A stretch of 64,000 bases of DNA, taken from Moniliella sp. 'wahieum'. Lineage: Eukaryota. Positions 38,727 to 50,698 of this stretch are shown one piece after another; position 1 is the first letter of the stretch, and each line of letters begins with the position of its first letter. Below the pieces are notes generated by a model, which worked only from the letters and a program-made list of their open reading frames with translations, had not been told where the DNA came from and ran no database searches. The translations under genes and the position numbers were made by a program. The stretch is from the NCBI GenBank assembly GCA_003971905.1, contig RSEE01000017.1, positions 62,001-126,000 of the forward strand, given 5' to 3'.

Positions 38727-41050
38727 ATGTACACTGGTGGCTCCCCCGGTAAGCGCAGCTCCATACTGGGTCGTGGCCTCTCGGATGACCGGAGCTGGGA
38801 GACCGTACAAGCCAAGACATTCACTAATTGGTACGTCATCATCTGTCCTGGTCCGGCTGCTACCCCTGGCTCTTGTTCCCTCCCATAGGAGGTCGAGAGG
38901 AGCAGCGATGCGATCATAATGCCATGCGATGCTGATCTGATATTCCGGGTCCAGGATCAACACCAAGTTGGCGATGCGCAACATCCCACCCATGAAGAGC
39001 CTCGTCGTCGGCCTGGCAGATGGCGTTCACCTCATCGAGCTCATGGAAATCATGAGCGACACCCAGCTGGGGCGGTACTACTACGCAATCCTAAAATGAA
39101 GGTCCAGATGGCTGAAAACGTCAACTTGGCTCTCGACTTTCTCCGCCGCCGCGGGCTCGTCTTGACCAATACAGGTGCGGAAGACATTATTGATGGTAAC
39201 CTCAAGATCATCCTTGGCCTGATTTGGAAGCTCATTCTCCCTTCACCGTCGAAGACATTTCTCAAGAAGGCTTGACCGCACGAGATGGACTTCTTCTATG
39301 GTGCCAGCGCCAAACAGCCCCTTACAAACCTGGAGTCAATGTGCAAGACTTTAAGGAGTCGTGGACCGATGGTCGGGCGCTCTGTGCCTTGATTCACCGG
39401 CATCGCCCCGAGTTGCTTGATTATGACTCTCTACCACAAGGGGATGACTTGGCTGCGCGCAAGGAGCGGACCAACTTGGCCTTTGGTGTGGCTGAAGAAT
39501 ACCTCAACATTCCCCGCCTGATGGACGTGACCGATCTGGCACTGCCACCGGGGAGGAAGCCGGACGAGAAGAGTGTGATGACATACATTGCTCAGTACTA
39601 CTATGCATTCAGCAGCCGGCAGCAAGCCGAGTAGCCACCCGGAGGCTTGCCGCGTTTGCTGATCTACTTCGCTCTGTATGGATGATGCGCAACGATTATG
39701 AGCGTCGAGCTCGGCTATTGCGCACACTTATGCAGCAACAAATGGACAAATGGTCCACCAATGCCATCGAGTCTGACGATCTGGACGGGGACGTGTCGTC
39801 CAGAAGTATTCCCTTTGGCTCCGAAGGGGCCCAAGGGGTAGTACCGGAGGAGCGTCTCTTCCTCACCCGAGGGGGCATATGGATGAGCTCAAGGAGTACA
39901 AGCGAACTACGAAGCGAACCTGGGTCAAAGAACGGAGCGACCTTGAGGCCCTGTTGGCCAACATCCAAACCAAACTGCGAACGTACAATCTTCGTCCTTG
40001 GCATCCCGAACCGGGGCTTGGAACGGCGGATATACGCGATGCGTGGGGCCATCTGGCCTCTTCGGAAGCTCGGGCCGCCAGCACGGCACAGAGGGCGATG
40101 CGGCATGCGAAGGATTTGCTTGATGCCAGGTTTGCTAGGTTGGCCAACACGTATGAAGACAAGATCATGGCGGTGCGCGATGCTTTGAGCGCTTTGGAGC
40201 CAGAGGACGACCTAGACGCTCAAAGCGCCAAGGTCCAGGATCTCCTACCCCTTCTGCGTGGCGAAGAGTTGGCGTTGCATAAGGCCGATTTGGTAGCGAC
40301 GGATGCGGCGTGCCAGCGCTCCGTCATTACGGAGAACGAAGGAACGATTTACAACCTGGACGATCTCGAGTTTGACCAGCAGTCACCGAGGCAGCATTGC
40401 TAAAGAAGCTGGCGTTTTTCGACAATCAGGTATGTCCTGTTCTCCTTCACACTCCCATATCTCTGTTGCCAATGGGATTAAGCTCACACCTCATTGTTTA
40501 TCAGCGTGTTGCCAGACAATACAACAACACCCTCTCTCCCCCGCCAATTAGAGCAATTTGACGCCACCTTCCAGCACTTTAACCGGAGCGGGACCAATAC
40601 CCTCTCTGTGGACGAGCTGCGTGGAGGATTAGCGTCGGAGGGCATTGTCTTCCCGGAAGAAGATTTGTTGGAGATATACAACCAGCTCACCGAACGCTAT
40701 TCGGCGGTCAACTACGAAGCCTTCCTGGAGTTGATGGTATGTTGCTGGAGCCGGTCGAGTATCAGATATGTGTTACTGACTTTCCTTCTCCTGCTCTCGC
40801 GGCAGCGGACAATTAACGAGGATGAGAACTCGCCTGGACAGTGTTGGAGGCTTTCCAAGCCGTTGCCGGAGACAAGGAGTTTGTGACGGAAATGGACTTG
40901 CGTCAGGCCGACCTACCGGCCGGCGCTCTCGATTTTTCCTTCAAACATGCCTCGACAACCACCGGCAGTGGCGATGCAGGTCAAGCCAACATGGACGACC
41001 CTAACGTGCCCTTTGGATTATGTGGATTTATGGCAGGATTGGTTGCCTAG
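38727..41050 (+). CDS. ain1: Alpha-actinin-like protein (2 CH domains, spectrin repeats, EF-hand region), frameshifted
   Basis: WETVQAKTFTNW|IN, AEDIIDGNLKIILGLIW, LLLWCQRQTAPY, SWTDGRALCALIHRHRPELLDY, KPDEKSVMTYIAQYY, EAFQAVAGDKEFVTEMDL. Introns 38831-38954, 40430-40504 and 40737-40805. Confidence 0.95.
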
Positions 41051-42774
41051 AGTCCATCGACAACCCTGACATGCCCTTGGATGATCAATTATTTTGGATT
41101 TATGGAAGGTTTGGTTGCGCTAGAGCATTCATGAAATGGCCAGCTACCTTCTGTAGAGGGGAGCCGGGTGCAGTGAGCGTTTGCGCCACAAGATTCAGTG
41201 ACGTTCAACGTTGAGGTCAACCCTGAACCTCAGGGCTCAGGCTGAGCGCCTGAGGCTCAGCCTGAGCCAAGAGATGCAAGCGTCAAGAAGACGTAGTAGG
41301 CTTGCTCGAAGCGAGAGCGTGACATCCCATATCGTAGGTACCGATGAGACCTATTTCGACAGAGATTCAAGTCGTCTGGCCAAGCCAGGATATGCGGCAA
41401 CAGCTTATATTGCGAGATGCTGGATGCATCTCCGCGCCAGGCCTCACGCTCTGTGGGGGCTAGCCTCGTTCTCAGGGCCTGGCCAGCTGGCCCTTGGATC
41501 TTTTGTGAGTATAGAATCACAAGCTGCGCTTCAAAAACTCCTTCACGAGTTATCGATCCTATATCCCGTTTTCACAAGTGCTTCCTCCAGATCGACCAGA
41601 AGAGCACAACCCACCTTATGCCGGCGCTGGTGTTATTCGTGTGGGTCTGCATTCCACAGAGCCAGTACGATTGAGGACATCACATATCACTCTCCTCTGT
41701 GCCTCTCTCCTCCGCGGGGAACGCTAAAGCTGCCACTGAGGCGCTGAGGCGGAGGCGCCGGGGGACACCACCTGCGGCATTGTGAGATGTGACATGGGGG
41801 AGTGCATGTGAATCTGTGCGAGGCAAGCTAGCTTGAAGAGATCGCCAAGTGTCCCAAAGGGGGCAGGGGTGGGCGGGCGTAAGTGCCTAGTAACTAGCAA
41901 GGCTGGAGCGGCGAGTACGTGATTCGCGGAGCATGAAAAATTGAGCAGCCCATGCCCGGAAAGCTCCGGAAGCAGCGGGGCAGGCGGGCAGTGTGGGGGT
42001 GCATGTGGAGGGGAGGGCAGGGCGCGAGTGTTGCTGCGCATGTCTCAGATGGGGCGGGCGTGCCGCGTGCACCACAGGTCGCAACTCGCACGATTTTGGC
42101 CTCGCCTACATGGACTGGCGAAGCGTCCAGTCTTCCTCTCCCACGCCTTGCCGCCCAGCCCTCGCTAGCAGACCGCCGCGCCCACCAGCGCTGAGCCAGC
42201 CGGGTCGGGGGGCTGCTAAGCTGGCACAGACACTCCACCCGAGCGCCAATAGCGCCTTGCGCCCAGTGCCTGGAATGCGCCTCATCCATCGCTTCAAACG
42301 GCGCGGCTGTCATATGCCGACAGAGCGGCGTGTAGGCGGCATGGTGCTCGAGGAGGTAGGTACGGAGTAAACGGCTGGGCACTGGGCGCAGGCAATCGTC
42401 CCCAGCTGCTTGCCGGGCCTGCCCCCACGGCGGCAGGAAGGACAGCAGAGGAGCCCTGGCAGGTCCACCGGACACCGCGCTCGCCCGGCGGGGACAGCGC
42501 CTGTGCCAGCAATGCATGTGAGACCCAGCACAGGGCCCCGCCCCCGCACTGCGCCTGTGGGAGCCAGCCCACCTCATATACTACGCCGCCTTGAAGCTCG
42601 AAACTCGACTTTTCTCTGGCCGCTCGCCACAGCATTCGGTCTGCTACTCTGCTGCCATCGCCATCTCCATCGCCACCGCCATCGTTGCCCCCGTCCCGCT
42701 CTCTTCTTTTGTTGCTACACCATCCGTCTCCGCTTCCTTCGCTCCCACAGCTCCCTTCGCATTTCCCCTGTCTC

Positions 42775-45700
42775 ATGTCGCCACAGCCCTCTCCCGGCGG
42801 GCTGCCTGCACCCTCCCCGCCATCCTTGCCTCCACCCGCCTTCGACGCCAATCTGGCCATGTACCTCAATAGTGTCGCTCTCACCAACAGCACCAGCGCC
42901 GGCACCGCTACTTCGTCTCCTCCCCGCCCACCACTACCCTACACCTGCCCCCGCCTCTTCGACCCCCGCTCCCCCTCAGGCCGCGGCCGCCTCGGCCCCA
43001 GTATCCCAGCCTGGTTCTGCCTCTTCGTTTCAGACGATGCTCTTTCAATCCTCCCCTGCCTGCGGACCCACCACGCAATCTTTCCTCATGCCCCAGTCCA
43101 CCGGCCCCACCACGTCGCCACCACCTCCCGATGGCACATCCGACTTGATTAGTACCCCCGGCGTCTCTGCCTACAGTGGCGACTCGCCCCCGAGCCAGTA
43201 CCCTTCGGGCCCCGCGGTAAGCCACGATCCTATGGTGCCTGCTCCGCTTGCGCCGGGGCAAGAAAACCAATGTGCTCCTCCGATGGAGCTCGGGGTTGCC
43301 TCCCTCCTCACGTCGCTTGGTCCTGCTTCTGCCAACACAGCAGAGCCCCCGTCCAACGTCCTGTTCGAGCCATTTTCCTATGCTGCCCTGCAGCAGCAGC
43401 AATACCAGCAGCAGGCCCAAGCTTGGCAACCGCCCGCGACTCTCGCCATGTCTTCTACCGAGCCAAACGGATCGGGTGCTCCTGCCCCCGTTCTCTGCTG
43501 CCGGACCGTTTTGCTATACACCCGCCTTCTTGGCCAGCATGAACATAAGTGCTCCGGCGGGTGGGGGGATGGAGGGACCACATCCCATGTCCTTCCCACC
43601 ACAACTACCGATCGCCATGTCGGGCATGGGGCTTTCCCTCCCGCTGCGGCGTTTTGGCACCCTGGTCTGGCAAATGCCATGCTACCTCTGAATGCGGGCT
43701 TGGCCCCCTTTGCTCCCTGTGGGCCGGGCGAAACCAAGGCCAAGTCTGTCTCGCCCCCTGGCTCGGACACGCTGTTTGCTCCCGGGGGAAGGGGGGGTAA
43801 GCCGGCGTCTGATCCCGCCTCGGGGGGCCGGGCCCGATCCGACGCGGCCGTGCCCGTGCTGCGACGCTCGATGGGACGCCGAAAGATTTGGCAACGAAAC
43901 GGCCCACAGGCAAGCCTTCCCCGTTGGCGGAAGAGGACACGAGCAAGCGGATCAAGTCCGAGACGTCCTTGGCGCACAAGCTCACCTTGCATGCCAGAGC
44001 TATGGTCAAGGAGGAGGCACCCGCCCAAAAGTGGAACATCCTCCAGCCCAATTGTACGTTGCTCTTCTTTGCCATCGCCCCTTCCATCCATCCTCGGTTG
44101 GGGTACTTGGTCGGGGGGGGGGCTGTTGACGGGTGCTATACTGACGGGGACTTTGGCCCGCACGGGCGGGGGTGCAAACAGCATTTGACAGTGTGGCCAC
44201 GGCAATGTCGCAGTTGCAGCAGTTGCAACAAGATCGGTTGGTTCGGCAAGCGAACCAGCCACCCGAGTCACTCTGGCCCAAAGACGAGACAGCCACTTCG
44301 TCCGAAAAGGCGCGGCGTCGGGCACGAAGACGTCTTTCCGATCCGATGGATGGCTTGAACAAAGTCCCTCACAATGCGATCGAGCGACGCTACCGCAACA
44401 ACATTAACGATCGCATCGCCACCCTGCGTGCGGCCGTGCCCGCCTTGCGCAACTTGGAGCCCAAGAACAACGGTGGCTCTACGTCGCTCTTGCCTCGCAA
44501 GCCGCGCAAGAAAGGCGAGCCGGAAGATTTGGTCGATGGGGTGAGTGCGGCGACCAAATTGAACAAGGCCACCATCTTGGGCAAGGCGACCGAGTATATC
44601 CATTACCTCAAGCGGCGTGAGACGCACTTATCCTCCGAGTCGGAGGGGTTGAAGGAGCTCATCCGTTCCCTCCGGGGCGGAGAGGATATTCTGCTGGTCT
44701 GGATGCACGAAATGGAACAAGCCAAAAGGGAACACGAAGCGGAAAAGGCGCGTCTGGAAGCCTTGAAACCCATCAAGGAGGAGGACAAGCCGGACGAAGC
44801 AATGGCCGACTTGCTTCTCGACACGGATGAGGACGAATCATCTGGATCGCCGTCCGAGGGGGTTCCTGCCGCCAGTGCGTCGAAACCTGGTTCGTACGTG
44901 ATGGCTGCCTTCTTGGGACTTACCTTGGTCGGCACCTCCTCGGACTTGAACCACCCTCAAGTTGGGACGCACCCTGGGGCAAAAGCGGTAAGCGCTGGTC
45001 ATCAGCTCTTGAAGCGGGGTTTTCCTCGGTTGGGCCTTGGAAAGAGACCCACCATTACGATCATATCTCTCTGGTGACCTTGCTCATCGAGGTGGCTCGA
45101 TTTGTAGCGTTCGTTGGGTGCGTATGTTTTGTTCTCTACCCTATCTATCGCACGGTGGTCAAACAAGTATCTTCGTTGCCCAACTCGACAAGAAAGCAGT
45201 CCAAGCACCGGCCTCCTTCTCGTTCTCCTCGCCATCGCCGTTCAGAGCTCGACAACACTATGGCTGCATCTCGCACCGGTCCAGTTGAGATGGAGAAGGC
45301 GCTGCGCTCCTTTCTAGATGCCCCCATGGGCCTACCTAGAGCTAGCGCTGCCTTGGTGCATGATTTGGTCGAGCTGATGAAAATTGCCGCCCTTCCTGCA
45401 CCGTACCAGCACTTGAGTGAACGCCAATCTTTGCTCCGCGATTCGATTGACTACATAAGGGCGGATGCCTGGATCCGTTTGCTGGCGGTGGAGGCTGCGT
45501 GGGGTCCCTTCGTCCAGCGCTCCCCCTTGTTTCGAGCGCAGACCGTGTTGCACGTGGCTCGGATTGCGGAGGCCCTGCACGAGAGGGAGGCGTTGGCCAA
45601 AGAATCCGGTGAATCGCCGGATGATACCACGGCACGTACCCATGCGCTTTTGGCCCTCGCCCTTGGCCGCCTTGGGTCCCCTACCAACGTTGTCGGCCAA

Positions 45701-46865
45701 TTGACTCGCAAGTACGCTCACTCGCACTGGTCAAGGGCCCGTGCGTGGCGCAGGAAAGCCAGCCATGGCTGCGGGACGTCCTCTCCTATGCCCTGGAGGA
45801 TGCTTTGGTTCTGTGCCCCCCTGAGGGCGATGCCTTTCTTGCGGCAGCTAGGAGCGATGCGGGGATGAGGGCTTACCTCAGTTCACCTCTACTGCTTGTC
45901 TCCAACGCTACGCACATGGCTACTTTGTACCAAGTGTGGGTCTACCTCTTCCCCTCCATTATTAGTGCCTCCTGCCCAACCACATTTGGGGCGCGTGCAC
46001 GGAGGGGAATGGAGGAATCTTGCTCTACTCTTGACCAAACGGAGCAAGAAGGCGAGCTGCCGTTGGAACAGGTCTCGAACGTCGACGTCAACTCTTTTTT
46101 GCGAGAGTTCTTTTGTCGGCAAGAAGCGGGCCTGATCACAATCGACTTGGCCACGTCTTCTTCGCCAAGCGCAAGGGAGACCCGTGCTTGGGTGCAAGAG
46201 CTGCTCGAAACCACCCCTCTGTCGCTGTGCAGGACACGCCTGCTCACTACCTTGTCCAGATCACCCTCGCTGTATGGGCCTTCCTGCGTGCTGACCAAGC
46301 GCTGGCTCAAACGCTCACCAAGCCCTTGATCACCGCCCTCAAAGCTGGCTCAACCTTGCTGGGTGCTCAACGGGCGGCGATCGCCTGCGTTCAGCTCGTT
46401 TGGGGCGAAAACGCCTTCTCATTCCCCGAACCTGATCCCAAGATGGAGGGGCTGGCTGATGACAAGAAGGTCCTCTCCCTCGCCACTGCTGGGCTTCAGT
46501 GGCTGCTGCTGTTGCGTAGCATGGGCGCGAATAAGTGTGTATTTATCCAACCTGGGTCCCAGTCTTCTGCTCTGTTGGCACAAACCTTTGCTCTGCGGCG
46601 CAGCCTGGCGGGCGCGGTGCCTCCCTCGTCTTTGGCCATCACATATTTGCTCGCTCTAGACCCCCCTCTACCCAAGCCCGACGATATGCTGTTCACCGAC
46701 GGGGCTGCGTTGAGCCTGTCCGACGCAAAAGAGGCTGCGACGGACGTCTTGACTGGCCTAAGTCGGTTCTTGGGAAACCCCCATATCCACCTGACGCCTC
46801 GATTCTTAATGGGACAGGAGCTACTATGGATCCCGGAAGAATCGGACTCGGGGGTGGAGATGTAA
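42775..46865 (+). CDS. SRE1: Sterol regulatory element-binding protein (SREBP/Sre1-type bHLH-ZIP with TM segments and C-terminal domain), frameshifted; start approximate
   Basis: bHLH KVPHNAIERRYRNNINDRIATLRAAVPAL...KLNKATILGKATEYIHYLK has the SREBP-diagnostic Tyr (ERRY). TM YVMAAFLGLTLVG and a second TM LLIEVARFVAFVGCVCFVLYPIY. Intron 44054-44191; stop 46863-46865. Confidence 0.88.
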
Positions 46866-48934
46866 CCGTCCCCATCAGCACACCTCGCCACCTTACTTTT
46901 AACATCCTTCTTATCCCCCAGTGGTTCGCTCAGGGCGGAGTTGAGGCCTGATCGAGATCGACCTGATCTCTGTGCCCCTCTCACTTGAAACCTGCACTAC
47001 TCGTCCCTGGCTGTGACTTCTCTCCCGACTCTTCCGACCGTAATGCCATACACGACCGTATTGTTCCCTTCCCCCTTCCCTGCCCTCTTCTCTCTCCCCA
47101 GCACCCTTCCGTGCCCCTCTCCACCCTTGGTGGAGCCGATTTCGACACAAGGACCAACGCCATAACCCAGAGCTTTGTCACCTATGCTGCTACACTATAT
47201 GCTATACGCTAAGCTAGCCTGTTTGCAGTGTGTGGGGTGCATCGGTCGATGCCGGGGGCACATTTGCCCGATTCTCTGGCCCGAGTTGTATGCCCCGACA
47301 GGGCTGTTGCTGCCTGGAACTATTTGTCCGGCTCCCGGACCCACATGGACTACTACACCAGCAAGTGTGATTGTCGACTCTGGAAGCCGATGATACCGTC
47401 ACTGTTATACTACACCCCCCCTCCCCCCAGGATTCTCTCGAGCGTTCTCCCTCGCTCCCCTTTAGAAACTATGCAAGCGTGGTCGGGTTAGGCAAAGGGA
47501 GAAGGGCGATAGCAGGTGGAATAGTAGACAAGGGCGCATCCTCGCGTTGCATCGTCGTTTCCCACTCTGGGGGCGAGTAATATAGAAATGCACTTCTCTC
47601 TACCCCAACTTGAAGAAGCTCGTGGTGGGTAGTACAATCTGTACTGGTGCGCGAGGCGCGAAATGGATCAATGGTCGGTGGCCCCAGTGGGCCTTGGCGA
47701 GTGGCTGTGTTGGGCTCAGACAGGCTGGGACAGGCTGGGGCATATCCACTGCAGCACGTGAGTGTCTGCACCAAGCCTTCGGCCTCCAGCCGCTCGCACG
47801 GGGGCAGTCAAGATGCAGCACCTGCAGATCCACACTGGGTGGCTGTCTATGCGTTTTGCGACCGCCGATGGTAGGTCTCAGACCGCGTCCCCATAACGCC
47901 CAGGCGTGCGCTGGCATGCCTTGGCGTATTTTCAATGGTGCTCCGTCTGTGCCGTGCTTGGCTGTCAGCTCGGTTGGGCGCGGCTGGGTTCGGTTGAGCT
48001 GCGCTGAGCTCGACGGGTGGATGTGGCGGGGCATGTAGTGGGGCACGGCAGCACCCAACTTGGCGGGCCCGCGGATCGATCTACGATCTGTAAGATCCAA
48101 CTCCAACGTCTTGTCGGTCGGTCCGGGCTTTTTGTCTGTCGGATCCACACTGCTAATCAATAATCCGAGCGTCGACGCACTCAGCCTGAGGTGTGAGCGC
48201 GTGAGGCTCGCATGCGCCGCTCACACGCTCTGGGTTCGGCAGCTGACACAGGCTGTGGGGCGGAAGGGGGCAGCGGGCATATTATGGGGGCGCGGGCAGG
48301 GTGCTGCTGGCTGGCGCTGGGGCTGCGTGTGCCAGCACAGGGCAGGGGAAGTGTCTGCCGAGCGATGTGCCGCAGCGTTCCGCGTCCAGACCAACGCACT
48401 CATACTCCCCCCCCCTGGTGTGGTGCCAGGCCAGCGGCCAGCCATGTCTGGCACCCCCCCAAAGCGCATGCGGCCAGGGTGCAGCAGGCACAGCCCCGTG
48501 CCTGGCCTGCCGCACAGTGGGCGCTGGTGCGCGGGCAGCGCTGGAGGCGCACAGCGTTGTGCCGCCGCGTGCCGCGCGTGGCGCAGCACGGCCCAGGCAC
48601 GCCGCCCCACTGCCCGTCTGCGGCCGTGCGGATCAGGCTGGTGCGCTGCGGGGGGCATGGGCGCCGATCGATCATGCCCCACACTGGCGCGGGGCCACCC
48701 CTGGGCATGGGCACCTGGGCAGCATCACACGTCACACTTCATGGCTCGTGCATCGATCGCATGCGGCTTCCACCCGCACATCCGCTTCGCTCGGCTTGGC
48801 CCGGCTGGGCTGCAAGACAAGACGACAAGGCGACAACACACCTGCTACGCGCCCTCAGCGCCTCAGCCCAACCTCATCTCCCCCCACCCCAGCCCTCCTA
48901 CCCCCCCTCTACGCCCTTGCCACCGTCGTCCCCT

Positions 48935-50089
48935 ATGCTCTCCCGGCCCACTCCAGCCCCAGGAGCACGATGCCCACAGGTGCTGCCAGTCTCCCCCCAT
49001 CCCAACCCACCTGCTCTGCCATCAGCTGCGCCCGCCCCATGCTTCGACTCCGCTCTGCTCAACGCACGTCGTGTGTGCGGGAGACGTGTACACCTCCACC
49101 CGCTTTTCCCCTTCTTCATCTGCCACGACGGCCCTCATGCCCACCGTCTGCCCCGTGGCTCCTACTATGCCACTCCCCCAGCAACGGCGGAGCAGAGGAA
49201 GCGTTCCTCCCATTCACCTGCTGTGCTCAAGGCAATGTTGGCGCGGCGGCAACACCGCCTCGGGCTTTCCTCTTCCGCTTCTGCATCATCCCTGGCAACA
49301 CGCCGGACCATCCAGCTCGTCGTCGGGCGCACCACAACGGCAGCTTCGCCCAAAAATCGAGGCGACACCCAGCTACCTTTACAGCAATCCCCTCTCCCCA
49401 ACCCACTGTCCACGTACGGTCTTTCGCCTCCGGCTCCATCTCGGCCTCGCCTATTCCACCGTCTTCATACACGGCCAATCCTAGCCCTGTTACGTCCTTC
49501 ACCGCTTCCCTCCCGCCCCTCGACACCGACACTTCCGCGTCTTCCTCCTGCTCTTCCCGCTCTACACCTCCCATTCGCCCCAATGACCTTCCTGCGCTTG
49601 TCCCCCGTCCTCCGGCCCCAGAACCAAAGGACCCCTTCCCCAGCCCAAAGTACCGTGAATCGGGTCTTGCTCCCTACTCTGTCCGTGACCCGCCCGGGCC
49701 CAGCATCCTACTCCTCTTGACGCTTCCCTGCAACTAGGCCCAAAGACAGTCCAACCTCTCCCTTCATTCTCCCATTCTTTCCCTCTCTCCTATGGCACCG
49801 CCCCGTCATTCCCACCGGACCGTGCGTACGCATCCCCGCAGTGCGGTCCCATGGATCGGCAGCCCCCTCCCCCCAGGTTGCCAGGGTCGACTGCTTGGCA
49901 CTGCGGACGCATGACGAGGGATACAATGCTGCACCCGCACACCTTGTCAACCTGTGTACGCGCCCCAGACCTATCCGCCCCCGCCCGCTCCCTACTTTGC
50001 CCCTGCCTCCAGTCTCGATTGGCACGGTTGGGCGCCCGCACCCTACCGTCTATTCTACATTCTCAGCCCTGGCGGCCGCAGCATGGTAG
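48935..50089 (+). CDS. Hypothetical Pro/Ser-rich protein, frameshifted; boundaries uncertain
   Basis: Overlapping long plus-strand ORFs with C-ending codon bias after a C-rich leader. No family recognised. Confidence 0.35.
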
Positions 50090-50698
50090 GCGCTTGTTCA
50101 ACAACCCTCCCCCCCCTCCCCCCTTCCCATACCCACATACGCGAGCTTCCATTTCTTGTTTCGCTTCCCGGCTTTGGCGTATGTGCCGGGCATCTTTGTT
50201 GTTCATGAAGGATGGAGAGGTGCGTAGGTGCGCACCGTCCCGTCCTTCTGTTCAGCTGTACTGTCAGTAATCATATCTTTTCTTGGCTGTTGGTGTCGTA
50301 AGAGGGAGGCGGTAGAGAAAGCGAAAGAGGGATGATTGATGGTACTTAATGATTCGATTTCGACACCCAGACCCTCTCGGCCCTGGTCCTTGTCCAAGGC
50401 TGGAAACATCAAGTTGGACTAGGCCTGCTCTTCCTCAGTGTTCCTCAACTGGTTGACGCGCGGATCGCTCCTGCCTCGAGGCCTGGAGGACGCGTGCGAT
50501 GCTCATTGGGGGCAGCCTCTCATGAATACGATCTCGCCTTGCTCCCGCGTCGCCTATTGCGTCCAACTGGTGGCATCCTAGGCCTCACGACAACTAATGA
50601 ATTTTCCAGTAGATGAGATCGATGAACGACGAACGCACACGTTCACCACAGACACGAGTTTTGCCTCCTGCTCATGCCAAACGTTCGCGGATCGGATG

